From Chloroflexota bacterium (GTDB lineage Bacteria; Chloroflexota; Dehalococcoidia; Lucifugimonadales; GCA-002723415), in NCBI GenBank assembly GCA_002721445.1, contig PBKN01000014.1, positions 12,988-76,987 on the forward strand: a DNA stretch of 64,000 nucleotides, read 5' to 3'. The notes beneath the pieces were generated by a model, which made no database searches, had not been told where the DNA came from, and saw only the letters and a program-made list of their open reading frames with translations. Made by a program: the position numbers and the translations under genes. Of the stretch, positions 9,357 through 18,225 are shown in pieces (position 1 is the stretch's first letter; every line of letters begins with the position of its first letter).

Positions 9357-10790
9357 CTAAATAAATGATAAGTTTTCAACAATTTCAACCAGTAAATTAT
9401 TATCTCCAACATTGCCTGCAAATACAATAAACTTCATACTAGGAATGCTACTCTCAACACCTAATTCCCATACAGATACTCCTGGCGCAACTTGGCCTAA
9501 AACTATCGCTTTGCTGACATTAAAGTTATATTTTGAAATATAATCTGCAGTTGTAGATCCTTTACAAATAATATAATTTGGTTCAACTTCAACTTTATTT
9601 ATTATTGAAATTAAACATTCTAAAACTTTAACCCCAATTTCTCTCGAATCATAATTATTAAACTTTAAATTTTCTCTATTTGTGTACAATACCACATCTT
9701 TTTTTATGTTTAAATTTTGATCAATTAAATTTGCAATTTCATTTACTGCTACTAAATTTAATCCTTCATTTTCACATATAATATTATCAATATTGATTTT
9801 TATCGGAAAAATATTAGGTAACTCAAGTAATTTTTTCAATTGTTGATTAGTTTTATCAACATATGACCCAACTATAATCAAAGCACCCTTTTCTGATTTC
9901 AACCCAAGAGACTTTCTATTTAAAAGTGGCTTGTTCCTTTGTCCTAATAATGCTCTAATAAAAGAAGAAGCAGTAATATATAAAAAATTTTTGTTCCTTT
10001 TCTTAATTTTCAATATAGCATATGCAACAACTTCAATATCGCTCATAGAAATAGCATTAACAATGCAAATTTGATCTTTATATAATGAATCAAGAATAGA
10101 TACAATTCTATCAGGTCCACCTATTCTTATATCATCAATAGATATTGATTTTATTTTTTTTATATACTTATTACTGCCTAATTGTTCTGACACCCAATTT
10201 ATAAGATCAGAACTTTTATATGGGAAATTATGATCTTTAGAAAATTCACTGTCTGAAACTGGTATTAAAATTTCCTGGTTTTTATTCGAATCAAATTCTG
10301 AAACATATTGAATATTATCAATAGTATATCGTCTGCCTTCAAAAAAATATGGTATAAATAGAATACCATTTAATTTATTTTTTGTTTGTTTTAAATGAGA
10401 TTCTACTATCACTTTGAAATGCCCTCGTAAAGTAGAATCAAAACGATACAAAATATCTATATTACCCGATAACAAATCAGAAATTTCTTCAATTAATTCA
10501 ATTGTATTTTTAATAATTTTTTGTGCATCTTTTTGATTTAAAGTCCTATGGTTTGTATTAAAAAATAGCACTTTATTTAGCTCATTAAATTCTTGTAAAA
10601 CAGATTTGCAATTCCATTTATTCATAATAGTAACGTCCGAAACTGTTTGGGTTCCAGCAGGGTCATCATCTATTACTGCTAAACGAAAAGATGCATCTTT
10701 TAATATTTGTATTATTTTTGGGATTAAGTCTTCAGACCATTCATCAGGAAATTCTTTGATTGCTTTATTAAATCTTATATTTTGTCCCAT
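9357..10790 (-). CDS. four-carbon acid sugar kinase family protein (DUF1537-like)
   Basis: 477 aa. N-terminal VIDDDPAGTQTV resembles the ADDFTGA motif of the family. C-terminal KGSTTADY, APGVSVW and VFAGNVG resemble the GG-x-TA / PG-x-P / K-x-G-x-FG nucleotide-binding domain. Confidence 0.6.
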   Translation of the reverse strand: MGQNIRFNKAIKEFPDEWSEDLIPKIIQILKDASFRLAVIDDDPAGTQTVSDVTIMNKWNCKSVLQEFNELNKVLFFNTNHRTLNQKDAQKIIKNTIELIEEISDLLSGNIDILYRFDSTLRGHFKVIVESHLKQTKNKLNGILFIPYFFEGRRYTIDNIQYVSEFDSNKNQEILIPVSDSEFSKDHNFPYKSSDLINWVSEQLGSNKYIKKIKSISIDDIRIGGPDRIVSILDSLYKDQICIVNAISMSDIEVVAYAILKIKKRNKNFLYITASSFIRALLGQRNKPLLNRKSLGLKSEKGALIIVGSYVDKTNQQLKKLLELPNIFPIKINIDNIICENEGLNLVAVNEIANLIDQNLNIKKDVVLYTNRENLKFNNYDSREIGVKVLECLISIINKVEVEPNYIICKGSTTADYISKYNFNVSKAIVLGQVAPGVSVWELGVESSIPSMKFIVFAGNVGDNNLLVEIVENLSFI

Positions 10791-10799
10791 ATTTAAATA

Positions 10800-12116
10800 T
10801 TATTCACACGCACACTCGGATTGGAAATCACAAAATTTAAACATCCAAGGTGGACACTTTGGCAAATCACCATGAACAGCATTATTTTCCAATAAATCCA
10901 ATCTATGTTTTGATTCTTTTAATATATTATCCCGACTATGAAAAATAACATCATATACCATGAATTTATCATTTGGTATTTTGTCATAATAAAGTATTAA
11001 CCGCCCTTTCTGAATATTCATTATTGCACATTCTATTGCTAATCTATCGAAGTAATGAGGGAAAAATTCTGCTAATTTATTTCTATCAATCATAGATGAA
11101 TTACTATTAGTCCTTAAAATAGTTGGAATATCAAATAACAAATCAACCTTATCAATTATAGATTCTAATCTGACTTCTATAGTTTTATAATCCTCTTTGA
11201 ATCCATATTTTAAACTATCATTTAATGCAGCTCTGAATCCTTGTTTTTCAAGAGTATAAATATTATTAAATAGATAATCAGATTCTTCATTAACTTTGAC
11301 TTGGTTAGATTTTCTTTTTAATATTGCTTTTCTAGGAAATACCAAATCATTTATTATAAATTTATCTGTATCGCTATATTGTGGCATCTCATAAGATTTA
11401 ATTTCTTCAATTAAATCATCTCTTTCAACAATCTCTATTTCATCTTCCATAATAAGAGGCGAAGAATCTTGCATATCTTTACATCTACATATTGATCTAT
11501 AATCACAACCTTGGAAAAACCATTCACATTTTGGCAATTTTGAATTATCTTTAGTAGACAAAGCTTCTTTAAAATCATCTCGTATTTCAATTATTTCTTG
11601 TTGTATTTTTTCAATATTTAAAAATTCAACATCTATAATTTTTAATTTAGAATATTTATTATTATTTTTACGCTCATATATTATTAATCTACCTTTAGTC
11701 TCATTTGTCATGGCGCAATACATTCCCAGTTGATCGAAATAAGATGATCTATATTTATACAAATTAGAAGGAATTTTAGACGTAGTTTTAATTTCTATAG
11801 GAATATCATCATATATATCAATTTTACCTACTACACCTTGATATTCAACCAACTGTTCTAAAAATTCTTCTTCAGATATTACTTGCCCAAATAGGTCATG
11901 GAAACCAGTTCCTGCTAACATGTTTTGTACTTTATTCATAGATGGATTAATATCTGGCCGAGTACGTCTATAAAATGATTGCATAGGACTTACTAAGTCA
12001 GTCACTGAAACTCTAGACCTTGATCTATTAGAATAAATCGACTTAATAATTGAATCTTTTAAAGTACGGTTAGCATCAATAGATCTAATATACTTATTAG
12101 AAAAAGTATTACTCAC
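10800..12116 (-). CDS. tandem-duplicated PD-(D/E)XK (Cas4/RecB-like) nuclease-fold protein with two four-Cys clusters
   Basis: 438 aa with a GTG start. The first half has GFHDLF, GKIDIYDDIPIEIKT (D...E-x-K), YFDQLGMY (Q-x3-Y) and KCEWFFQGCDYRSICRC. The second half repeats the same blocks in degenerate form (DKVDLLFDIPTILRT, YFDRLAIE, KCPPWMFKFCDFQSECAC). Confidence 0.55.
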   Translation of the reverse strand: MSNTFSNKYIRSIDANRTLKDSIIKSIYSNRSRSRVSVTDLVSPMQSFYRRTRPDINPSMNKVQNMLAGTGFHDLFGQVISEEEFLEQLVEYQGVVGKIDIYDDIPIEIKTTSKIPSNLYKYRSSYFDQLGMYCAMTNETKGRLIIYERKNNNKYSKLKIIDVEFLNIEKIQQEIIEIRDDFKEALSTKDNSKLPKCEWFFQGCDYRSICRCKDMQDSSPLIMEDEIEIVERDDLIEEIKSYEMPQYSDTDKFIINDLVFPRKAILKRKSNQVKVNEESDYLFNNIYTLEKQGFRAALNDSLKYGFKEDYKTIEVRLESIIDKVDLLFDIPTILRTNSNSSMIDRNKLAEFFPHYFDRLAIECAIMNIQKGRLILYYDKIPNDKFMVYDVIFHSRDNILKESKHRLDLLENNAVHGDLPKCPPWMFKFCDFQSECACE

Positions 12117-12164
12117 TTATTTATATTCCTAAAATTAGTAATATATAGATACATTTAATATTTT

Positions 12165-13025
12165 TTATATTTTCTGAAATTTACTTACTCTATTTGCCGG
12201 AGAAAGTTCAGCAACATATATTGAACCTTGAGAATCTACACAAATCCCATGTCCAGATATTAAAGTTCCTTTTCCTTCTCCTTTATGTGCCCACCAACGT
12301 GTAATCAATTCTCCTTCGAGAGTCCATATGCTTACACCACCCACTTCTGTTTGTTCAACAATATACACAACATCGTTATCTATATATATATCACCAGGCA
12401 TATGTAGATCATTCCATTCCTCTAAATATTCCCCTTCAGAGTTAAATATTTGCACACGATTATTCTCTCTATCACAAACAAATACTCTGTCAAATCTATC
12501 AACTGTAAGGTTATGAACAATTGCAAATTCAGATTTACCCGTTCCAAATTTACCCCATGATTTATCTAGCAAGCCAAATCTATCAAATTTATGAACTCTT
12601 TTATTCCCATATCCATCAGATACATATATATCTCCTTTGGATGATATAGACAAACCTGAAGGCATATTAAAAGGATGCCCATAATACGTATCTGATGGGA
12701 TCATTTTTTCCCCTAGTGTAGTAAGTAAAGAACCATCCGGACTATGCTTTGTTACAAGATGATAATTAGCATCGACTAGCCATACACAATCATGTGAATC
12801 TATAAATATACCATGTTCATTATTTGAAAATTCACCTTCTCCCCAAGAAGAAATGAAGTTTCCCTCCAAATCCCATATGGTCAGAGGGTGTTTACCCCTA
12901 CTAAAAACATGAACTTCATCTGAAGAATTAACGTCCACGTCAGAAGTTGCACCAAAATCCCAATATTTTGGCAAATTAGGCCATACTGGGACTCTTTCAT
13001 ATTTAAAATCACCTGAACCTAACAT
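12165..13025 (-). CDS. NHL-repeat six-bladed beta-propeller protein
   Basis: Repeated D-x-x-N-x-R-[VI]-x-x-F blades (GYGNKRVHKF, DRENNRVQIF, SPANRVSKF). I use ATG 13025, which has GGAGG 9 nt upstream, rather than the TTG at 13031. Confidence 0.7.
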   Translation of the reverse strand: MLGSGDFKYERVPVWPNLPKYWDFGATSDVDVNSSDEVHVFSRGKHPLTIWDLEGNFISSWGEGEFSNNEHGIFIDSHDCVWLVDANYHLVTKHSPDGSLLTTLGEKMIPSDTYYGHPFNMPSGLSISSKGDIYVSDGYGNKRVHKFDRFGLLDKSWGKFGTGKSEFAIVHNLTVDRFDRVFVCDRENNRVQIFNSEGEYLEEWNDLHMPGDIYIDNDVVYIVEQTEVGGVSIWTLEGELITRWWAHKGEGKGTLISGHGICVDSQGSIYVAELSPANRVSKFQKI

Positions 13026-13156
13026 AATCAAAATCCTCCAAAAAATTAATTTATATATATGATGCCATACCTATCAAATATAGTATATTATATTCATATT
13101 AATACAATTCTCAATATATAAAGATTGTCAATTAAACTTTCTATTAGGAGACCAAT

Positions 13157-13489
13157 ATGCAAATAAATGAACTAATTAATAATTCATATGAAACTGCTAA
13201 AAGTAAAGGTTGGTGGGATGATAAAAATAGAAACATACCAGAACTTTTGGCATTAATTCATAGTGAAGTGAGCGAAGCTTTAGAAGAATATCGTGAAAAT
13301 GGCTATGAGAAAAAATATTATAGAGAAAATGATAATAAACCCGAAGGTTTCATATATGAATTAGCAGATATATTAATAAGAGTAGCAGATATGTCTGCTC
13401 ATTATAAATTGGATTTAGAAAATGCCCTTATAGAAAAAATGGATTTTAATAAGACAAGATCATACAGACATGGCAATAAAAAAGCCTAA
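13157..13489 (+). CDS. small MazG-like all-alpha NTP pyrophosphohydrolase
   Basis: 110 aa. IHSEVSEALEE and ELADILIRV form the E-x-x-E ... E-x-x-D metal-binding helices of MazG-like/dimeric dUTPase-like enzymes. AGGAG lies upstream. Confidence 0.75.
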   Translation: MQINELINNSYETAKSKGWWDDKNRNIPELLALIHSEVSEALEEYRENGYEKKYYRENDNKPEGFIYELADILIRVADMSAHYKLDLENALIEKMDFNKTRSYRHGNKKA

Positions 13490-14568
13490 CTCAAACCAAT
13501 TTCTAATTTAATTTCAGGTTCTATATAAGGTGATTCCTTTTGATAGACTTGAAGCCTACCACATATATCTGTAATAAATATTCTATTTTGATTATCTATA
13601 TCTAAACCTACTGGTCTAACAAATTTCCAAATAGGTGAAAAATCTTTTACTTTTCTATGGGCTCTTATAGTTTCAGGGTCTCTTCTAATAATATATTCAC
13701 CAGCCTTAGATAAGGTTTCAGCATCTCCATATAAAGAAGCTAAGAGGTCTCCATTAGCCTCAAATATTACTATTCTTTTATTCCCCCAATCACTAATGTA
13801 AACATCTCCTTCATTATCTACTGCAATAGAAGAAGGATGGTTTAAATCATCATAAGGAGGTCCAATTCTATTTCCAAAAGTCATTATAAATTCGCCTGAA
13901 TTAGAAAATTTTTGCACCCTATTATTACCCCAATCAGCAACATAAATATTGTCCTCATTGTCTATAGTAATACCCCAAGGTCTATCAAACTCACCTTCAT
14001 TTATTCCTTTACGGCCTAATTTAGTAATAAACTTTCCATCATGCGAAAATTTCTGAACTCTATTATTTCCTGAATCAACTACTAAAATGTCGTTGTTACT
14101 ATTAATTGATACTCCACTCGGTGAAATCAATTCACCATCAAGAGAACCCTTCTTTCCCCATTGACCTATGCGTTCACCATCTGGATTATAATCAGGATAT
14201 GGATAAATAACATCTGAAGGTAAAATCACAACAGTATTTTCATATTCATCAGTAACATAAAGTAAATTATCTTTAGATAATGCTATACTAGATGGCCAGG
14301 TAAATTCTCTACGTGCAAAATCACCAATATGGTTTTCATCAACAGTAGTCTTTCCAATTCTCCCGAAATCTTCAAATCCAGGGCCTGCACCATAACCAAG
14401 TCCTCTACTTAAAACAAATAAAATATCATCTGGAGCAACAACAACATCTACAGGATATCTATATCCACCAGTAGTTCCAAATTGGTGCCCTACGTTATGT
14501 TCATTGCTTGGCCTACCTAAAGCATGACTAAAATGCCAGGCCTTGCTTCCTGCTGTAGTTGTTATCAT
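13486..14568 (-). CDS. NHL-repeat beta-propeller protein
   Basis: 360 aa with DSGNNRVQKF, DWGNNRVQKF and DWGNKRIVIF blades. Its start lies 2 nt after the DUF1501 stop. Confidence 0.8.
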   Translation of the reverse strand: MITTTAGSKAWHFSHALGRPSNEHNVGHQFGTTGGYRYPVDVVVAPDDILFVLSRGLGYGAGPGFEDFGRIGKTTVDENHIGDFARREFTWPSSIALSKDNLLYVTDEYENTVVILPSDVIYPYPDYNPDGERIGQWGKKGSLDGELISPSGVSINSNNDILVVDSGNNRVQKFSHDGKFITKLGRKGINEGEFDRPWGITIDNEDNIYVADWGNNRVQKFSNSGEFIMTFGNRIGPPYDDLNHPSSIAVDNEGDVYISDWGNKRIVIFEANGDLLASLYGDAETLSKAGEYIIRRDPETIRAHRKVKDFSPIWKFVRPVGLDIDNQNRIFITDICGRLQVYQKESPYIEPEIKLEIGLS

Positions 14569-14570
14569 AA

Positions 14571-15707
14571 TTAAACAGCAACCTTAGAAATAAAATTAGA
14601 TTTTGAAAAATTTCCATTTAACAAAGGAATAGAGTCTAGACTGAACCAATCTTCTATTACTGTAGAATATAGACTTCTAAAATCAACATTATAAGCTAAA
14701 TCTCCATTTACTAATTCTTCAGCTCGAATCTTTGGATAGTCGCCATAAAATCCACCTTTAACTTGTGGCCCAATTGCAAATACTGCTCCAGCAGCTCCGT
14801 GATCAGTACCAGAACCATTTTCCTTAACTCTTCGTCCAAATTCAGAAAATATAACCATTAATACATTATCTACAGCAGAATGTTCATATAAATCATCCCA
14901 AAAGTCTGCTACTGATTTAGATACTTCATTCCATAATTTAGCATGATTAGGTGCTTGTGCAGCATGAGTATCAAAACCACCATGTTCAACATAAAATACT
15001 CTTGTCCCAAGGTCTGCTAATAATATTCTAGCAATATCTTTCATTTTTGTACCCAAACTATCAGAACCATATTCTACAGAACTAGAATAAGTTTCAGGCG
15101 CAATTTTCAATGTGTCTGCTCCTTTTAAAGCATCCAAACCTGTCTGTCCAAGATAATCCATTACGGGACCTGAACCAATAGCTGGTGCATACATACTTGC
15201 AAAACGATTTAGTAAATGTTCTCTTTGTTTTTGTTTATCAATCGAAGTCAACATACCATAATTATCTAGATCTGCAACTGAGGCCACTGACACATTAGGA
15301 GCAACCAATGCTCTAGGTAAACCATAACCAACATTTACTGCAGCTATAGGATTTTCTCCATTAGGATCAATCTCTCTTATAATCTTTGCAATCCAGCCTT
15401 CATGTCCTACTTTATCTGGTTCTGCAGTATGCCATATATCCATAGCTCTAAAATGAGACCTTGTAGGACTTTCCCATCCAACTCCATTTAATATTGCCAT
15501 ATTTCCTCTATCAAATATCTTTTTCATTGGCAACATAGAAGGATTAAAAGCAAAATCTGCATTCAATTTATGTATATTATTTTCGCCAAAATTTAAAGTA
15601 GGCCTGTTGTCATAGTAATTCGGGTCTTGATAAGGAATGACTGTATTTAAATAGTCATTACCACCTGTTAATTGCAACATAACTAATATAGGGTCTTTAT
15701 TTTTCAT
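14571..15707 (-). CDS. DUF1501-family protein (alkaline-phosphatase/sulfatase-like superfamily)
   Basis: 378 aa. LTGGNDYLN, HGGFDTHA and FSEFGRR are family-typical motifs. The N-terminus starts directly at the conserved core, with no twin-arginine leader. Confidence 0.85.
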   Translation of the reverse strand: MKNKDPILVMLQLTGGNDYLNTVIPYQDPNYYDNRPTLNFGENNIHKLNADFAFNPSMLPMKKIFDRGNMAILNGVGWESPTRSHFRAMDIWHTAEPDKVGHEGWIAKIIREIDPNGENPIAAVNVGYGLPRALVAPNVSVASVADLDNYGMLTSIDKQKQREHLLNRFASMYAPAIGSGPVMDYLGQTGLDALKGADTLKIAPETYSSSVEYGSDSLGTKMKDIARILLADLGTRVFYVEHGGFDTHAAQAPNHAKLWNEVSKSVADFWDDLYEHSAVDNVLMVIFSEFGRRVKENGSGTDHGAAGAVFAIGPQVKGGFYGDYPKIRAEELVNGDLAYNVDFRSLYSTVIEDWFSLDSIPLLNGNFSKSNFISKVAV

Positions 15708-15725
15708 TAATTACCTCTCTAAAAA

Positions 15726-17153
15726 TTAACCGAACTGATATTCTCTCGTGCCAGCTATCAAAGAAAAAACTTCTGCTAAATCTAGTCCAAATCTATTTTG
15801 ATTAATATCATTAAACTCCAATAAATTCCTTGAAATAATTTCAGCTTCAATTTCGGATCGGCTAGTGTCATTCAATGTAAAATATCCTACAAATTCTAAA
15901 CATTTATCTAGAAATTCAGTTTCTGATTGAATATTCGAATTCTTCAATCTAGTAATTAAATCTATAATCCCAGGTGAATTAATATTTTTAAATTGATCAG
16001 ACATAAAATTAACTCTATTAATAAAAGAACCACTATTAACCCATTCTTTGCCAGTATGCCAACCTTCTACAGATGGAGGATCAAATAAAGCTTGCCCCAT
16101 AAAAGTCGTTTGGTCAGCAAAATAAGACCATCTAGGGTCAGGACCATTCATATCTTCAGTAAGTTTAAAAGTTCCAACCACAACTTCAGCTGGAGATTTA
16201 ATCTTTTTAAACTTTGATTTTTTAAAAAATTCCGAATTGAACATTGCTCTCAAAACTGGTTTCATCTGAAAATTTTCTTTAACAAAAACATCACATAAAT
16301 AATCAATAGCATCTTGGTCTTGAGGAGGGTCAATAGGCCAAGCAGGTACCTGAGGTTCATCTGCAACAAAAAAATTATATAAATGCCTCATAATAAATTT
16401 ATGGCATGCTGGTTCCTGGACAATAATATCTATAATATCATCTCCATTAAAATTACCTTTCCTACCTAAAAATGTTTTTTCTCCATAATCATGATCTTCA
16501 GGTTTATATTCAAATTCCCATAAATGAGGCCCCCACAACAACCAATGAATTTTGGGACTTACTGTCCAGCCTGTAAATGCTCGTGAACATTCAAAAACAT
16601 CTTCCTCAGTGTAATTTCCAGCACCCATTGAAAAAAGTTCCAATAATTCTCTTCCCCAATTTTCATTAGGGGCTTTTTTGTGGTTTTCAGTATTATCTAA
16701 CCAATAAAGCATCGCAGGATCTCTTGCGAGTTTTTTTAATAAATCTCTATAACTTCCTAATCCATACTCACGAAACATTTTTATTTGTTCATTTAACTGA
16801 ATTGAACTTTCAACTTTTGAATTACCTGTAGCGAATACATAATGCCAAAATAAAGCCATTTTCTCTTCTAAAGGATTTGAAGTATTGACCATTCTATAAA
16901 GCCATTCTAAGCCAACATGATTATTACCAAGATGGCTAGGTCTATCAATCATCGGATGATATCTAGTTAGAGTAAATTCATCAATTGAATCTGACGAGTC
17001 AAAATCAATTAGAGAATCGACAAGATCTTCGTAAGGTATATTGATTAAAGACTCTAATTCTAATGGAGAAGCTCCAAAAGATGCTCTTCTCATCAAATGA
17101 GCTATTTCAGATAGTTTTTCAGAAGTTTTATTTTTATCTAGTAAATTTGTCAT
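15726..17153 (-). CDS. DUF1800-family protein
   Basis: 475 aa. LMRRASFG and WLDNTENHKKAPNENWGRELLELFSMG match DUF1800 signature regions. It is the usual upstream partner of DUF1501. Confidence 0.85.
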   Translation of the reverse strand: MTNLLDKNKTSEKLSEIAHLMRRASFGASPLELESLINIPYEDLVDSLIDFDSSDSIDEFTLTRYHPMIDRPSHLGNNHVGLEWLYRMVNTSNPLEEKMALFWHYVFATGNSKVESSIQLNEQIKMFREYGLGSYRDLLKKLARDPAMLYWLDNTENHKKAPNENWGRELLELFSMGAGNYTEEDVFECSRAFTGWTVSPKIHWLLWGPHLWEFEYKPEDHDYGEKTFLGRKGNFNGDDIIDIIVQEPACHKFIMRHLYNFFVADEPQVPAWPIDPPQDQDAIDYLCDVFVKENFQMKPVLRAMFNSEFFKKSKFKKIKSPAEVVVGTFKLTEDMNGPDPRWSYFADQTTFMGQALFDPPSVEGWHTGKEWVNSGSFINRVNFMSDQFKNINSPGIIDLITRLKNSNIQSETEFLDKCLEFVGYFTLNDTSRSEIEAEIISRNLLEFNDINQNRFGLDLAEVFSLIAGTREYQFG

Positions 17154-17302
17154 AATAAATTTCTTTAAAATATATACTTTTTCAGGTAATTATTATACAT
17201 AATAATGTTATATTTAATTATAATAGCAATGTAATATTAAAATATATATGCAATTATTTCAAGATTAAGTAAAAATAAATCTATATATTAAAGGTTAATA
17301 AA

Positions 17303-18199
17303 ATGAATTTTGGATTCGTATTACCAACTTTCACTCAAGCAGATGAAATATTAAATTTTGCTATAACTGCTGAAAACTATGGTGTTGAATCTATTTGGAT
17401 GCAAGATCATATCATCTTACCAAAAACAGATACTAAACAATACCCTTATACTAAAGACAAATCCTTCCCACTTAATCCAAAAACACCTATCCTTGATCCA
17501 TTAGTCACATTAGGCTTTATAGCATCAAAAACATCCAAAATAAAATTAGGCACAAGCATAATTGTTCTTCCTTACCGCAATCCAATAATATTAGCAAAAA
17601 ACTTTTCAACTCTTGATGTTTTATCTAATGGGAGAGCATTATGTGGCATTGGAGCAGGATGGTTAGAAAAGGAATTTGAAGTTTTAGGAGTATCTTATTC
17701 AGATAGAGGTAAAATAACTAATGAATATTTAGAAAAAATCAAAGAATTATGGAATGAAGATAAAAGCAGCAATTTAGATTATATTTTTGAACCTAAACCA
17801 ATACAAAAGCCCAGCATACCTATTTGGGTAGGTGGAAATTCTCAATTAGCAATAAAAAGAGCAGTTATATATGGTCAAGCGTGGCATCCTACTAGGTTAA
17901 CTCCTAAACAAGTTAAAGATAAGTTACCCTACTTAAAAGATTTACTATCAAAATTTGGTAAAGATACAAAATCATTTTCAATATCATTAAAAAGGAACCT
18001 TAATTTTACTGATCTGAAGCTACCTAATATAAATTTTCAAGAAAACCCATCATCCTTATCTGGAACAGCTTATGAAATAAAAAAAGACATACAGTATTGC
18101 AAAGAAATTGGAATAGACCAATTGACTTTCGATTTATCTACAAATAACATCAAAACCGCAATTGAAATTATTAAATACTTTATGAATACCAATAAATAA
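17303..18199 (+). CDS. LLM-class (luciferase-like) flavin/F420-dependent oxidoreductase
   Basis: 298 aa. MNFGFVLP ... ESIWMQDH ... KLGTSIIVLPYRNP ... GIGAGW is the canonical luciferase-like monooxygenase layout. Confidence 0.8.
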   Translation: MNFGFVLPTFTQADEILNFAITAENYGVESIWMQDHIILPKTDTKQYPYTKDKSFPLNPKTPILDPLVTLGFIASKTSKIKLGTSIIVLPYRNPIILAKNFSTLDVLSNGRALCGIGAGWLEKEFEVLGVSYSDRGKITNEYLEKIKELWNEDKSSNLDYIFEPKPIQKPSIPIWVGGNSQLAIKRAVIYGQAWHPTRLTPKQVKDKLPYLKDLLSKFGKDTKSFSISLKRNLNFTDLKLPNINFQENPSSLSGTAYEIKKDIQYCKEIGIDQLTFDLSTNNIKTAIEIIKYFMNTNK

Positions 18200-18225
18200 T
18201 ATTTAATATAAATGAGAAAATATAT

